Positions 43,326-53,093 of a DNA stretch of 64,000 nt are shown one piece after another. Position 1 is the stretch's first letter. Every line of letters begins with the position of its first letter. Source of the stretch: an uncultured delta proteobacterium (GTDB lineage: Bacteria > Desulfobacterota > Syntrophobacteria > Syntrophobacterales > Syntrophobacteraceae); assembly GCA_963808625.1 (NCBI GenBank), contig CAWEHK010000039.1, positions 49,412 through 113,411 of the forward strand. Reading direction: 5' to 3'. The translations under genes and the position numbers were made by a program. Below the pieces are notes generated by a model. It did not search any database and was not told the DNA's origin. It saw only the letters and a list, made by a program, of their open reading frames with translations.

Positions 43326-43651
43326 AAATCACCTCTAGGATAACCATCCAGATGGGAACTCTTCTGAGCCTCACCCCTGAGGCTGAGTCGAGTGGGGGGA
43401 AGTCCGACGCACCAAAAGATCCCTCCCCCCTCTCGGCTCTCTTGTGGGAACGGCTCAAGGGAAGTTTTCGGCATACCAGATAGAAAGAGGAGGAAGGATC
43501 TGCATAGTATTGACAAGGGAATCACCACAAGTGATCGTGCGGGGGGCATGAATCCAACGTGGTGGGAGACTGAAGAGCTTATGCGATTCGTGCACGAGCA
43601 AGACTCAGTGGTAACTTTGATGCCTCAAGCACAACATTGGAGAGGGTGATC

Positions 43652-44119
43652 ATGGCGAAGATTCTGGTGGTGGATGATGAGAAGCATATTCGGGAATTGT
43701 ATTCCCTGGAGTTGGTGAGCGAGGGATATGTCGTTGAAACACGAGCATCTTGCGTCAACCTCCTCCGTGACATAGAGACTTCAAAGCCCAATTTGATCAT
43801 TTTGGATATCCGCCTGGTTGATGACGATGGGTTGGAGATGCTGCTGGAGATTCGTGAACACTATCCCGACGTGCCAGTCATTATGTGCAGTGCGTATGAC
43901 TCATACCGATACGATGCCAGGACCATTGCCGCAGACGCCTACGTGGTGAAGTCTTTTGATCTCAGCGAATTGAAAATGAAGATAAGACGAGCGCTCGAGG
44001 GAAAGCTTCCGGCGAGTTTGACCCTTATGACGCAGTTTGGTGAGGTCAGAAATGGCAAGGCGAAGGGGGCCGAAAGATTGGCGATCAGAAGGGGTACAGA
44101 ATGTACTGGATTGCAATAA
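43652..44119 (+). CDS. Single-domain response regulator
   Basis: ILVVDDE, ILDIRL, MCSAY, YVVKS. Confidence 0.88.
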   Translation: MAKILVVDDEKHIRELYSLELVSEGYVVETRASCVNLLRDIETSKPNLIILDIRLVDDDGLEMLLEIREHYPDVPVIMCSAYDSYRYDARTIAADAYVVKSFDLSELKMKIRRALEGKLPASLTLMTQFGEVRNGKAKGAERLAIRRGTECTGLQ

Positions 44120-44623
44120 TGGTCACGCTTGTCGGTGGGATCGTTGCAGTGGCGGCTATCGTGCATAGGTCAGCAAGGAGCTGCGATCTATACATGCCGG
44201 ATTTGGAAGATATCCTTTAGTCGAGCGTGCCCTGGTGGGGGTGTTGTCACCTCAACCGTGCCATCAGGATGGGGCTGAACTCGATACATCCGCCCATCTG
44301 TTTGCCTCCGGCAGCGCTGGGAATGACTTCCTTCCTGTCAAACTTGGAAATGGCTTCCAAACCGTGATTCTGAGGAGCCCTCCGCAGTGACTCCGCCAGC
44401 GATGGCAGGCGCGCGGTGGTTGCGACCCTCTGCATGCTGTCTATTTTTTTGTCACGTGCAATGATTTCGGAATACCCAAAAACGACACTCTCCTGAATAG
44501 AGTCGCTGGCGATTTTGGAAAGGCAGAACGGCTTTCCCCGCGCATGGCGATATGCTCACCTGCATTCTCCATCCCCCTCCTGGCTAATTGTCCGTGCCGG
44601 CAGTTTTGAGCCTCGGAGGCGCT

Positions 44624-44661
44624 GTCGTGAACTCTTCGCTTGAATGTCACGAGTTCGTAAC
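44624..44661 (+). promoter_or_regulatory. Pho-box-like array upstream of the dehydrogenase-phnX-phnW cluster
   Basis: GTCGT 44624, TTCGC 44635, GTCAC 44646, GTAAC 44657. Confidence 0.62.
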
Positions 44662-44730
44662 AGTTGCCCTCTATTCCCGTACAGACGCGCTCAAGGTGCA
44701 CATTCAAAACTGGAACAGAAGGAAGGAATC

Positions 44731-45915
44731 ATGAAGATCTTCTGTTTGGGTGGGGCTGGCAGAATCTGCCGGGAAGCCGCGCTCGATCTTGTGAAATTCG
44801 CTCGAGTCGATCGCCTGACGATCGGCGACCTTGATCAGGAAACAGGGCAGGGCGTGGTAAGATGGCTCAATGATGAGCGTGTTGACTTCAAGAGAATCGA
44901 TATCCTTGACCGTGCGAGTGCCATTGCAATCATGCGTGGCTATAACGTCGTCGTGGACGGCACGGCCATATCACTCAACGGCCGGTCTACTGCCTGCATC
45001 GCCGAGGCGGGAGCGCACGGCATCAATCTGAATGGTTTCGGGGAAGAGTACCAATTCGATCAAAGGTTTAAGGACAATGGTCGCATCTTTATCCCTGGTT
45101 TTGGCATGACCCCGGGAACGACGAACATGATGGCAAAATACGCCGCCAGTCGGATGGATACCGTAGAAACCGTCCGCATCAGCCACGGGGCCTTTCGACC
45201 AGTGGCCTTTTCCGCGTCTATCGCAGAAACGACAACTTATGAATATGATCCTGACCTTCCGGGCCGTGTGGTGTATGAAGATGGGCAATTCATCCAGGTT
45301 CCTCCTTTTGCACGACCCCTGGAGGTTGAGCTTCCCGAACCCTACGGCAAGCATGTTCAGTACATCATTCCCCATTCCGAAACGAAGACCCTGGCAACTT
45401 ACCTTGCCGACAAGAAGGTCAAACTCATCGAGGTGCGGGGCACCTGGCCCGCGAAGAATATGCAGTTGATCAAAGCGCTCTATGAGTGGGGATTTTTGCG
45501 CAACGACAAGGTGAAGATGGGTAACGCCGAATTTGGCATTATGGATGCCATTGCAGCTTATCTGATCCAGGCCCCCGAAGGGAGAACTGCCGAATTATGC
45601 GGATACGCCCTCCATGTGGAAGTGGTCGGAAGCAGGGACGGCCAAAAGATCAGGCATGTCCTGTGGCATACTCACCCGGCATCGGATGGTTCGGTGACCG
45701 GTTGGGAGGGTCTTCGCGCCTATACTCGCTGTGTCGGGATTCCTCTTGCCGTCGGGGCGCATTTGATCGCTCAAGGGAAAGCGCTGGGGTGTGGTGTGGT
45801 TATTCCAGAGTACGCTTTTGAACCAACTGCAGTATTTGAAGAACTTAGGAGGAGGGAGATTTTTATCCATGAGAGAACTGGCGCTTTTGATGCCCATGCG
45901 TCACGGCGGGAGTGA
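44731..45915 (+). CDS. Saccharopine dehydrogenase-like NAD(P)-dependent oxidoreductase
   Basis: LGGAGRIC Rossmann motif, GFGMTPGTTN, HSET, GVVIPE. Confidence 0.85.
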   Translation: MKIFCLGGAGRICREAALDLVKFARVDRLTIGDLDQETGQGVVRWLNDERVDFKRIDILDRASAIAIMRGYNVVVDGTAISLNGRSTACIAEAGAHGINLNGFGEEYQFDQRFKDNGRIFIPGFGMTPGTTNMMAKYAASRMDTVETVRISHGAFRPVAFSASIAETTTYEYDPDLPGRVVYEDGQFIQVPPFARPLEVELPEPYGKHVQYIIPHSETKTLATYLADKKVKLIEVRGTWPAKNMQLIKALYEWGFLRNDKVKMGNAEFGIMDAIAAYLIQAPEGRTAELCGYALHVEVVGSRDGQKIRHVLWHTHPASDGSVTGWEGLRAYTRCVGIPLAVGAHLIAQGKALGCGVVIPEYAFEPTAVFEELRRREIFIHERTGAFDAHASRRE

Positions 45916-46074
45916 CGACAGGTGAAGCATGGTTGATCAATCGCCCGACTCTGAAACGAGTCATCATGGTCATTTGTGCTGTGGCGCCGCGGCCGGGGGC
46001 CGGTGGCAAGCGACAGCAGCGTTGATTGGTATTTGTTGAGGACAGCATGAACGAGAAATTCAGGGAGCATTCCG

Positions 46075-46908
46075 ATGCCAGTTCTAAATCGCAACATACC
46101 CTATACAGGTCGCGTCCAGGCGGTCGTTCTTGATTGGGCTGGGACGGCTGTTGACTATGGCTGTGTTGGTCCGGTCGCCGTGTTTGTTGAGGTGTTCCAC
46201 GATTTTGGGGTCGAGATTACCATTGCGGAAGCAAGAGCGCCCATGGGATTGATGAAGAAGGACCATATCCGGGCGATCTGCGGCATGGAGACCGTTGCGG
46301 AAAGGTGGGAGAGGATCCGTGGACGCCAACCGGGGGAGGATGATGTCGAAGCGATGTATCGCCAGGTGGAACCGCTTATGGAGTCAATGGTCGCCCGATA
46401 TTCCGAGCCTATCCCCGGGCTGATCGAGGCCGTAGCAGCCTTCCGCCTCCAGGGGATCAAATTAGGCTCGACCACCGGCTACACGCGCTCCATGATGGAG
46501 GTGCTCGTTCCTCTTGCAGAAGCGAAAGGATACCGGCCTGATGCAACGGTCTGCCCATCGGACGTTCCCGCCGGGAGGCCTTACCCATGGATGTGCTACC
46601 GGAATGCTATAGATCTTGAAGTCTACCCCTTTGCGGCCATGGTCAAGATTGGAGACACGTTGCCGGACATCCAGGAAGGATTGAATGCCGGGATGTGGAC
46701 TATCGGGGTGACCAAAACGGGAAACGAAATTGGCCTGACCGAAAGGGAAATTTCGGTTTTGACTTCTGCGGCTCTCAAAGTGAGGCTTGAGAAGGTGGAG
46801 AAGCGGTTCCAGGACGCTGGTGCGCACTTCATTGTCGAGAGTATCGGGGAGTGCCCGGCCATCATTGAACAGATCAATGCATGCCTGGCCCGAGGCGAGA
46901 AACCTTAG
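46075..46908 (+). CDS. phnX: Phosphonoacetaldehyde hydrolase
   Basis: LDWAGTAVDYG, PMGLMKKDH (Schiff-base Lys), GRPYPWM, KIGDT, EGLNAGMW. Confidence 0.96.
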   Translation: MPVLNRNIPYTGRVQAVVLDWAGTAVDYGCVGPVAVFVEVFHDFGVEITIAEARAPMGLMKKDHIRAICGMETVAERWERIRGRQPGEDDVEAMYRQVEPLMESMVARYSEPIPGLIEAVAAFRLQGIKLGSTTGYTRSMMEVLVPLAEAKGYRPDATVCPSDVPAGRPYPWMCYRNAIDLEVYPFAAMVKIGDTLPDIQEGLNAGMWTIGVTKTGNEIGLTEREISVLTSAALKVRLEKVEKRFQDAGAHFIVESIGECPAIIEQINACLARGEKP

Positions 46909-46999
46909 AACGACAACGATACTTCGCTGCACTCCTTTCGGATGAGAGGAAACGCATTTTTGAGAACTCTTTTAGATCCTTCGTATGGGAGCATAACCT

Positions 47000-48250
47000 A
47001 TGAACACTGATGATTTGCCCGATAATCCCTATATTTTGCTCACTCCTGGACCCCTTTCAACGACCAAGGCGGTAAAAGCGGTCATGCTCCGCGACTGGTG
47101 TACCTGGGATGACGACTATAACAGTATTGTTCAGGCGATCAGACAGAAGCTTGTCAGCCTCGCAACGTCCGCCGAGGGATATACGTCGGTCCTGATTCAG
47201 GGCAGTGGGACGTTTGCGGTTGAGTCCGTGATCGGCACGGCCGTGCCCCCAGGTGGGAAACTGCTGGTTCTTGCTAATGGTGCGTACGGTCAGCGCATGG
47301 CTCAAATCGCGACCCGTCTGTGCATACCGGTAACGGTTCTCGATAGTGGTGAGTTGGACCCGCCCGGTCTGAACCTTCTGCGAGATATGCTGCAAGGCGA
47401 CAAAGAGATCACGCATGTTGCCGTGGTCCATTGTGAGACGACCACGGGCATGCTCAATCCTGTGGATCGAATCGGCGAGATCACAAAGTGTTTCGGAAAA
47501 GTCTATATTGTCGACGCGATGAGCAGTTTTGGGGGCATTCCCATTGAAATGGCCGATATCGGCGCCGATTTCTTGATCAGCAGCGCCAATAAGTGCATTC
47601 AGGGGGTGCCTGGCTTCGGCTTTGCTATCGCTCGCCACGACCAACTTGAGAAAACGAAGGGAAGGGCCAGGTCCTTGAGCCTGGATTTGTACGATCAATG
47701 GGACACCATGGAGAGATATGCCGGCAAGTGGCGCTTTACTTCTCCCACCCACGTTGTTCGCGCTTTTGCGGAGGCTTTGAAAGAACTCGATCGCGAAGGT
47801 GGAATAGAAGCGCGTTACACTCGCTACCGGCAAAACCAGAGTCTCCTTGTCGAAGGGATGCAGGAACTGGGCTTTCGTTGCCTCCTGCCCCGTGAACACC
47901 AGTCACCGATCATCACCTCTTTTCTCAGCCCTGAACATCCGGCCTATGATTTCAAGCGGTTCTATGAAGAGTTGAAAGCCGGAGGATTCGTTATCTATCC
48001 GGGCAAGGTGACATCAATGGACACTTTTCGGATCGGCAGCATTGGCAACATCGATGTCAAGGATATCGAACGCCTGTTTGTATCGCTGCGAGAATCAATG
48101 TATTGGACAAAGGGCTTCGCGCCTCGCGGGATTACGTCCGAAAGCCGGGGAATGGGAGAGAGGGAGTCCTTGAAGGCCTTGCCGGAGGAAAGTCCATCGG
48201 TAAATCATCTCGGGTCACACAAATATAACCCTTCCTTAACAACTCCGTAA
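47000..48250 (+). CDS. phnW: 2-aminoethylphosphonate-pyruvate transaminase
   Basis: [44 protein letters not shown]; the tail after MYW may be an artefact. Confidence 0.95.
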   Translation: MNTDDLPDNPYILLTPGPLSTTKAVKAVMLRDWCTWDDDYNSIVQAIRQKLVSLATSAEGYTSVLIQGSGTFAVESVIGTAVPPGGKLLVLANGAYGQRMAQIATRLCIPVTVLDSGELDPPGLNLLRDMLQGDKEITHVAVVHCETTTGMLNPVDRIGEITKCFGKVYIVDAMSSFGGIPIEMADIGADFLISSANKCIQGVPGFGFAIARHDQLEKTKGRARSLSLDLYDQWDTMERYAGKWRFTSPTHVVRAFAEALKELDREGGIEARYTRYRQNQSLLVEGMQELGFRCLLPREHQSPIITSFLSPEHPAYDFKRFYEELKAGGFVIYPGKVTSMDTFRIGSIGNIDVKDIERLFVSLRESMYWTKGFAPRGITSESRGMGERESLKALPEESPSVNHLGSHKYNPSLTTP

Positions 48251-48251
48251 C
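48214..48251 (+). promoter_or_regulatory. Pho-box-like array upstream of the Zn-ribbon/HMA2 genes
   Basis: GTCAC 48214, ATAAC 48225, TTAAC 48236, GTAAC 48247; second pair GAAAC 48285 and GTAAC 48296. Confidence 0.7.
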
Positions 48252-48312
48252 AATCCAGCTTTACATAGCTACCTATGAGAACACGAAACAGACACGTAAC
48301 CCTCGATGAGCA

Positions 48313-48654
48313 TTGTTGAGGGAGGGGCGGCGCCGGAGAAGAAGAGGGGTACTGGCTGCGTTGAGCGATGACGAGGACAAAGGAGTCACATGCCCAGACT
48401 GCGGATCGGATGCTGTTTACCGTTATGGCATGACCAAGCATCGAAAAAGGCGTTTTCAATGCCTGGTGTGCAAGAGGCAGTTTTCCTTCAACAGCCTGAG
48501 GCGCAGTATTATGAATAACCCCATTTGTCCGCACTGCGATGAGCCAATGCACGTCTACAAGCGAGAGAGTCAAGGCATAAGATACCGTTGTTCCAACTAT
48601 CCTTATTGCAGAACGTATTTCAAGTCGACAAGGGCAGAGGAGGATCGAAATTGA
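48313..48654 (+). CDS. Double zinc-ribbon protein (IS1 InsA-like ribbon plus topoisomerase-type C4 finger)
   Basis: CPDCGSDAVYRYG...RFQCLVCKRQF; CPHC...RCSNYPYC; start may be TTG 48361. Confidence 0.72.
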   Translation: MLREGRRRRRRGVLAALSDDEDKGVTCPDCGSDAVYRYGMTKHRKRRFQCLVCKRQFSFNSLRRSIMNNPICPHCDEPMHVYKRESQGIRYRCSNYPYCRTYFKSTRAEEDRN

Positions 48655-49022
48655 GCTATTATGTGCACAGCACTCCCGGCAGGCTGCGCGTTAAGATCCC
48701 TTCCGTCAAAGGGAGCCCGAAATTTGCCAATGATGTGGAGGGGATTCTCATGACCATTGAAGGCATAGACTCAACCGCCGTGAACACGCTTACCGGCAGT
48801 GTCGTCATCAATTATGATAAAAAGATCGTCAGTTCCGAGGCGGTGCTCAGCATTCTCGAGAAGAAGGGATATTTCGAGATTCCCAAGGCAGTCCCCAATG
48901 ATCGCTATCTCGAGGAAGCGGTCTCCAAAGCGGGTAGTGTGGTCGGCAAGGCTGTTCTGGAGGTGCTGCTCGCAAAAGCGTTTGAGGGATCTGCGCTGTC
49001 GCTGTTGACGGTCCTCATTTGA
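48651..49022 (+). CDS. HMA2 domain protein
   Basis: YVHSTPGRLRVK...GIDSTAVNTLTGSVVINYD; GAGGAGG RBS before TTG 48651. Confidence 0.82.
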   Translation: MSYYVHSTPGRLRVKIPSVKGSPKFANDVEGILMTIEGIDSTAVNTLTGSVVINYDKKIVSSEAVLSILEKKGYFEIPKAVPNDRYLEEAVSKAGSVVGKAVLEVLLAKAFEGSALSLLTVLI

Positions 49023-49051
49023 TGTGAATCCTGAGATACCGAAGATCCACG

Positions 49052-49384
49052 ATGAAAAGTGATTACCTGCCGACGGAAGATATCATCGATACCGTCATCA
49101 ATTTGGCGCCTCACGCGGAAATCTGCCATCATATCCCGGGCAGGATTCGCCTGAAAATCACTCCTTCGGGTCTAGGCTTGATTGAAGGATCCGGGATTGT
49201 CCGGATCATTCGTTCAATTCCAGGGGTGATGAAGCAACGCATCAGTTTCCACTCCAGGTCAATTGTCATCGAATACGACCGCAAGCGAATACCTTATGAC
49301 CTGTGGGAATTACTGGGACAAATCAGAGATAAACCGGAGCTGGCGACGGTGGCAACTCATCTCATGCGGGTGTTATGGACTTGA
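49052..49384 (+). CDS. HMA2 domain protein
   Basis: HHIPGRIRLK...IPGV...SRSIVIEYD. Confidence 0.78.
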   Translation: MKSDYLPTEDIIDTVINLAPHAEICHHIPGRIRLKITPSGLGLIEGSGIVRIIRSIPGVMKQRISFHSRSIVIEYDRKRIPYDLWELLGQIRDKPELATVATHLMRVLWT

Positions 49385-49539
49385 ATAAGGGTGAGTCAAA
49401 CGGTTGTCCACAGCAAAGGAAACCTCTTTCCCGCCTCCTGAATCAATGGACACTCGGTGCGATTTGGCGTCTGTTTTGTGACGATTCAAACGACACTATT
49501 CCTGATTGGTCGGAGAACCAACCCCGGCGCACCGCCTTT

Positions 49540-49577
49540 TTCACCATCTCTTAACATCATCTACGCAAAACCGTCAT
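49540..49577 (+). promoter_or_regulatory. Pho-box-like array upstream of the OlsF-like gene
   Basis: TTCAC 49540, TTAAC 49551, GTCAT 49573. Confidence 0.55.
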
Positions 49578-49848
49578 TATCCGATGCTAGAAGCTTTAAC
49601 AGTTTGGGCACCGGGCCATAAACGCGCCTCAGAGGCGCCTTGCCAGTTGCTCTCGCACAGGGGGTGAAGGCTGGAACACTGGCCCGTCTGTGCACGCGGA
49701 GACAAACCCCGACCCTGCCCGCAGGCTGAGAGCCTCTCGTGGGGAAGGATCGCAAAGCTCTACCCCAACTGGGTGTCTGTGCCTGGGAATCAGTCAGAGT
49801 AAGGCCTCATGGGGACTTACATACCTGTGGTGGCCCGGGGTTCGGAAC

Positions 49849-51758
49849 ATGAAGACCGTGTTGCTTCAGTCGAAAGCGGAATTGATTTCTCACCTGTTCA
49901 CTTCGGATGATGGAGGGTGTAACTTGGATAGCAGAATTTCGCAGTCTATGGAGATGGAACTCAGCATTGATCCCGAACCTTCACGCTATCGAAAGATGTT
50001 TCGTTTTGCAGCGCAACCATTGAACCGCCTGCTTTGCCTTGAGCGGGCAAACAACTCTGTCATTCGTTTAACGGATGACAGTGGCCAACCCCTGGCCGAC
50101 AGGGTGCTGAGTCGCCTGGGGATATCCTATGGACTCCTCGATCTGGACCCCGCCGGATCCCAAAACCGGGCCACTGATTCGGTCGGGAAACACCCTTTCG
50201 GAGCTTGGCGGGCCTGGTTCTTGCTTCCATACTCCAATCCATAAGACCGGACACGAAAATCCTTGCCAACTATCTCCTCCGGCGAATAGACCTGCCGGGC
50301 TTTCGGGACATGTTTATTTTTGTTGATCCTTTCGAGGGACCCGGCCGGATCAGAAGGAATGTTGGGCCACTTAGAGCAGCCTTGCACTGGCTGCACACCG
50401 GTGGGGTGCTGGGCGTTTTCCCTTCCGATGAGGTATCCCACTTTCATTTGAGAAGGAGACAAATCACTGATCCAAGATGGAACCGTTCCTTGCAGGAATG
50501 GTGAGGCATAACAAAACTTCGGTGCTCCCTTTCTTATTCGAAGGGCGCAACAGCATCCTCTTTCAGCTCCTGGGACTGTTCCATTTCCTCACCTGAGGAC
50601 CGCAATGCTGGCGCGAGAAATGTTCAATAAAGGCGGCAAGGAGATCCGGGTTCGCATTGGAAAACCCGTTCCCTCCGAGAAACTCAGCAAGTTCAGGGAC
50701 GACGACGAAATTGTCGCATACTTGCGCATGAGAACCTATATGCTGGGCAATTACCGGGACGCGCCGCGCCGAATGGGCCTCCCGAAAGTGCTGAGACTCA
50801 TGAAAACGCAATTCTGTCGGGCAATTGCACCGCCGCGGGATCCAAATCTCGTGCCTGGTGAGGTGAAAGCCATCCCTCCGGGACAAGTACTGGTAGACAC
50901 AGGTTCATTTAAGGTCTTCCATGCAGAATCCAATCAAATCCCCCTCCTCTGCATAAATCGGGAGGCAGCGAGAAATCACCTTCCGTGAGGCAAATGAAGG
51001 CACCGGTAAAGCCATAGACCTTGATGAGTTCGATGGTCACTACACCCATCTCGTCTTGTGGAATAAGGATGCGAATGAACTCGTAGGCGCCTATCGCATC
51101 GGCCTGACTGATAGAATCCTGAGAATATATGGATGCCGTGGGCTTTACACGAGCAGCCTTTTCACCTTCGCTCCTCGCTTTCTACAGGAGATAAGTCCGG
51201 CAATGGAACTGGGCAGATCATTCTTGCGTAAGGAATACCAGAAAAGCTATCAGCCCCTCATGCTTCTGTGGCATGGAATAGGCAAGTACGTTTCATCCAG
51301 GCCACAGTACAAGATCCTCTTTGGACCTGTCAGCATAAGCAGTCATTATCAACGTATCTCCAGGGATCTAATTGTTGCTTTCTCGAAAAATCACCATCGA
51401 GGAGAGCTTGCTCAGTATGTCAAGGGCATGGTCCCGAGAAGAGCAATCTGCTCACGAAGCGGCTTGGGCTCAAATCCACCTCTGGGTTATCAACAACGTC
51501 CAGGATTTGTCGGAACTGATTTCGTGCCTTGAACCAAGCCATGGGGGCATACCCATCCTGCTCAAACACTACTTGAAGCTGGGCGGGAAGTTCTTGGGGT
51601 TCAGCATCGATCCGAGCTTCAGTAAAGTCATGGATGCATTGATCATGGTCGATCTTGCGCAGACCAACCGGACCCTGCTGGAGCGATATATGGGTAGAGA
51701 AGGGGCCGATTCCTTCCTGAGATTTCACAACCTGGTCTCCTATCGTGCCTGTGCTTGA
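49849..51758 (+). CDS. Lysophospholipid acyltransferase + GNAT bifunctional protein (OlsF-like ornithine lipid synthase), multiple indels; start uncertain
   Basis: HPFG, KILAN, VFPSDEVSH; EITFREANEGTGKAIDLDEFD, GAYRIG, ELGRSF, LLWHGIG, LFGPVSIS, IPILLKHYLKLGG. Confidence 0.8.
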
Positions 51759-51884
51759 GCAATTCTGGGGGGCATGGGGATGAATTGGTGGATCCGGGTC
51801 GTCGATAAATGTCGATCAATAGAGTGAGCTGCATGGGTGTTTTGAGTAAAAGCTCACACCATAGAGGGAGCATAATCTTCATGC

Positions 51885-51953
51885 GTCATTCCGGTGAAAA
51901 CCGGAATCCAGGCTCTGCAAGGCTTTCTGGACCCCGGCTTTCGCCGGGGTGAC
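51885..51953. repeat. GTCATTCC palindromic element, copy 3
   Basis: Nearly identical to 30604-30672. Confidence 0.85.
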
Positions 51954-52050
51954 GCGTTAAGATGGTTTTTCAATAGTCTGCTAAATGCAGACACCCCGTC
52001 GGTGTGGTGTTGCGCCAAGTGCTCGAACCCGCGGGCAAAGGAGAATAGAA

Positions 52051-52896
52051 ATGGTCGGTAAGAGCGACGCAAAGGTCATTCTGGTGGTCATTGAAGACCT
52101 GGATCCAAATGCCATTGAGGAGACTCGAACACCAAACCTGGAGGTCATGATAAAGGCAGGATCAGCAACCATGGAGGCGGAAGTGGAGAATCCTTCGCCC
52201 CGGATGCTTCCCTTCTTCAGCATTCTCACCGGCAAGAAACCGCCAAGGAGCGGGGCTGTTTCGAACGGAGCGGCGGTGATCTCCGAAGCCAAGTACAGCA
52301 TCGCCAATCTCGCTCACATGCAGGGTCGCTCGACTGCCGTCTATTACAATAGTGCGCAATTCTTTAAGTTTATCTACTACGGAGCATTCGATCACTTTTG
52401 CTCTCCAGGGCCTGGAGCCATCCGCGATGATGCTTACCGCATCGTTAAGTTGGCCGCTAATGACATTATCTCCTTCCAACCCGATCTCTGCCTTCTGCAT
52501 TTGGGGTGCGCCGGGCACGTTGGATACCGGGCGGAAATCATGAGTCCGGCAAACCTCGAGCATGTGGCTATGTCGGATACAGCGCTCGGTGTATTGCTGA
52601 ACTCGCTAAGCCTCTTTGGTCTCTTTGGCCAATACCACATAATCGTGACCGGCGATTTTCACGCAGGTCAAGCCGCTGAGGAAAACAACTTCCAAAAGAG
52701 CACCGTTCCCTGGGTCGCTTTTGGTCCCAAAATCAGGCGCGGGTGTTCCATCTCGCATAGGGTAAGTGTTCTTGATACGGCACCAACCATCGCCAAACTC
52801 ATGCATCTGCCACAACTCGTGTCATGGGAGGGGAAACTCGTCGAGGACATTATTCTCGACCAATTGGAGACAGCCGACCTGAAGGAAGTCGCTTGA
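52051..52896 (+). CDS. Alkaline phosphatase superfamily (NPP-like) protein with degenerate metal motifs
   Basis: KVILVVIEDL, TPNL, SILTG, VPWVAFGP, DTAPTIA. Confidence 0.75.
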   Translation: MVGKSDAKVILVVIEDLDPNAIEETRTPNLEVMIKAGSATMEAEVENPSPRMLPFFSILTGKKPPRSGAVSNGAAVISEAKYSIANLAHMQGRSTAVYYNSAQFFKFIYYGAFDHFCSPGPGAIRDDAYRIVKLAANDIISFQPDLCLLHLGCAGHVGYRAEIMSPANLEHVAMSDTALGVLLNSLSLFGLFGQYHIIVTGDFHAGQAAEENNFQKSTVPWVAFGPKIRRGCSISHRVSVLDTAPTIAKLMHLPQLVSWEGKLVEDIILDQLETADLKEVA

Positions 52897-53093
52897 AGAG
52901 AAGGCCGGCATGATGAAGGATGTTTGGAGAGGAGACTGACAACGGGCGGTCTTTCGAAAAGGCTTTTGACCAGACCTGGGGAATGCACCAGGCCAAGCAC
53001 GCGGAACCGGAGTGTTCGCTCGATGAGGCGATATGGGGTGATGAATTATACCCGGATGTCATGGGTAACAAACACCAGGGGAGGAGTCTGCGC

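Noticed and set aside
44247..44435. Small ORF or gene remnant in the 44.1-44.6 kb gap
   Set aside because: No RBS or convincing family motif
48313..48654. IS1 transposase
   Set aside because: Only the Zn ribbon is present; no DDE/InsB ORF or terminal repeats; coupled to an HMA2 gene
49655..49790. TPP or c-di-GMP-I riboswitch
   Set aside because: Only isolated words match; the TPP GAACCTGAT core and the GEMM GAAA-tetraloop stem are absent
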